A DNA stretch of 64,000 nucleotides from Geosiphon pyriformis uo1 (lineage: Eukaryota > Fungi > Glomeromycota), in the NCBI GenBank assembly GCA_016748015.1, contig JAAOMT010000295.1:434001-498000 (forward strand), written 5' to 3'. The position numbers and the translations under genes were made by a program. Every line of letters begins with the position of its first letter. Position 1 is the stretch's first letter. Positions 61,519 to 64,000 of this stretch are shown in pieces. Under the pieces are notes generated by a model, which was not told the origin of the DNA, made no database searches, and saw only the letters and a list, made by a program, of their open reading frames with translations.

Positions 61519-64000
61519 TCAATCTGCTACCACCTTCATATGACCTTTGTCTTTGCTACCTCCACTTGTCATCTTTGCCGTTCTTGCACCAAATTGAATT
61601 GCCCGTTTCCATAGTGTGCTCGCATCGGACAATCCTAATTCTCTTGCAACATGGCGTAAAAGTAATTTTTCTCCGATGCCCCGGGGGAAGCGCAGATCTG
61701 CTTTAAGATGAATTGGAAGTGTGCAAAATAAGCCCACTACATTTTCCGCAAGATATGGAAACCGAGTCTCTTTTCCATGCGCAGAAATTACACGATCATC
61801 ACGGCCTATAAATTATAAGATGCAATTTATGTGATATTACAATAAAAGGAGCTGCTTTTGTTTTGAAGTATAATGCTCCTCGTACCTAGATTTCTGGTTG
61901 ATATTCGATCAACATCCATTTGAACCTGGATTTTAGAACAAATTTCATCAAATACTTTTCCAACCAAGTTGTTTAGACATCTGGTTTTACCTCTTGCATC
62001 AACTTTTCCCATCCACCTTGTCGATAAGCTTCTCGGTGTCGAGAATAACCGCCAAGCAATTCATCGGCGCCCACACCAACAAACAAAACTTTAGCCTTGC
62101 TTTCATAATTTACACTAGACTAAATCAAAATGAGACCTTCGTTTGTAATACCGAGAGAGAAAATGCTGTAACGATTAAACTTTTACCCCTGGTATATCTA
62201 GAGACTCAAGTTGACCTTTTGAAAAAGAGCATCTATTAATTAGAACTTTTACCTAAGAAACAAAAGCATTTTCATTCTGACTATCAAAACCAACCTTTTC
62301 CGCGAGCCGCGAACCAAAATGCCATCGCAATACTCTGTTTCAACATTCGTGGTTGATTCAGCCAAGAGGGTCATCTTTCACCACAAAACAAATAGCACTC
62401 ACCAAATCCATTATTGTATCCAATGGAGCGATCAGCTCCATAATCTCGCTTCGATGAAGACAAGCTTCTTCATAGGGGACATTGATTTCTACAAAGTTCC
62501 ATGTACGATTTGGGGATATTTTTCTAATAATCAATATTTAAATGGGAAGTGCTTGCGGGATCACTTTATATTAAATGTGAGATGATATTGATACCTTAAT
62601 TCTTGATGACTATTTCTGCCGGTGAGCCTATCTGGCACATCATATATAGATTTTGTTTTCTCGATAAAACTTCTATCGATTATCTTTTGATCAGATTTCC
62701 TTTGCTCTTGAATTCTTCGTGGATTCTCGAATCCAACGTTTAACAAATCGATAGATTCTTCTGGGGGCAGATATCTATCGGCTAATGCCGCTAGACACAT
62801 GCAATCCAATCCCCCTGAGAATAAGATGGCTAAACGAGCTTGGTGAACTAAACTGGATGAGAAATTTATGGTAAATCTTGGCAGATTGACAGTTAAATTG
62901 GTCAGCAAGCTATATTTCATGCGTTACCTGCTTCTAGGAATGTTTGAAGCTCGACATTGAATAGAAATAGAAAGCTCAGAAATCGTTCGATCGATAGCAC
63001 TGCGCATGTTCATCGAAATATCTGGAGTAGTAAAGGATTCATTGGAAAAAGGCAAAATAGGTAGTTCACTCGGATCCGGAAGGTGCTTGTTGATTTTTCC
63101 AAAAGGGAATTTCTTAATACAATGGAGATATGTTAATATTTTATGATTAAGTGGCATCTTTATAAAAAGGTTCTAAGAAAATCAAAATCTCAGATATTTG
63201 CCATAGAATTTTGTATGTTCAGTGTAGTTCTTGATTCCGAATACCACGGGTAATGTACTAATGCTTTTTTTATTGATCCTTCAATGGTACAAAAAGCTGA
63301 TTAGTCTTCAAGACATTATTTAACTAGGTGCTTTTATAAAATAAAAAATTACCTGTTTGGGTAACCTCAGGATCCAGATCATCAAAATTCAAACAAAAAA
63401 GTCCGTCAGTAGGGACTTCTTCAAAATAATGCGACTTTATTTGAAGGTCAGATTCTTTTAAGGGGTTATTAAAACCGACTGATGTCAGTGTAAAATGACG
63501 AGAATGGGAGATTGGAAGATTCCACAACAGAGATCTTCTACCGAGTCGATCACGGCTAAACCACAACTTTCGCCTTTTACTCTAAATGACAGATAAAGTC
63601 AAAAAGAGTGTTGTTTACTCGGATCTATTTAAAAAGTCAAAAATTAGTTTACCTGCCAATATATAAAAGCAAAAGGGCCTTCAATTTTTGTTAAAGTTTT
63701 AATTATAGAATCATCCTGAGAAGTAGCTTCATCGCAAACTTTCAAACATTGAAACAATCGTGCCCCATCATTTTCATGGTCAGCCACCTATTTAATTCTC
63801 AAGATTAATGAAGAAACAGGTAAATCTTGATCGATCATGATTCATGGGAGGCAAGTAATAACCTCGATCCCGTTGAATATTTCCCCATTCCATAACAATA
63901 TTTGTCCCCCTTCGTCTATTATCGGCTGCTTTGTTATCCCAACACCCCTTAAATGCAAAACCGCGCCATAGAATTTGACAAGGTCATTATATTGTGTTCT
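61519..64000 (-). CDS. ASNSD1: Asparagine synthetase domain-containing protein 1 (YML096W-like), multi-exon, 5' end beyond the window
   Basis: [102 protein letters not shown]. Confidence 0.93.

Noticed and set aside
1-64000. tRNA or rRNA genes
   Set aside because: None recognised by eye; the only tRNA-related sequences are the two primer binding sites.

Overview
Eukaryotic, intron-rich fungal DNA. The transposon families and the presence of CNOT10 point to an early-diverging fungus (Glomeromycota; the retroelement proteins resemble ones I recall from Geosiphon pyriformis, which is an unverified inference). The window has two compartments. (1) About 1-48.2 kb is a nested retroelement graveyard, almost free of CpG. 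It holds two full-length Ty3/Gypsy elements with paired LTRs and 4-bp TSDs (6319-16223 minus; 25970-36091 plus), a third interrupted copy, a 3' fragment, several solo LTRs, and three APE-RT-RNaseH LINE copies of different ages. These elements are inactivated mainly by C:G>T:A transitions in all dinucleotide contexts, while their reading frames are largely preserved, which looks like a RIP-like process outside Dikarya. The Gypsy elements have an unusual layout: one long ORF (conserved pre-Gag domain, Gag, protease, an unrecognised Cys-rich domain, dUTPase, RT, RNase H, stop), then integrase as a separate ORF with its own ATG, then a family-specific third ORF before the 3' LTR. (2) About 48.9-64 kb is gene space with normal CpG content. 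It holds two tandem GPR1/FUN34/YaaH (Ady2/SatP) transporter genes, two Tc1 relics, a CNOT10-like gene, a PAM2-CUE-CCCH-DUF1771-Smr gene, and the 3' part of an ASNSD1-like gene whose stop codon lies 19 bp from that of the Smr gene. All alignments and counts were done by eye.
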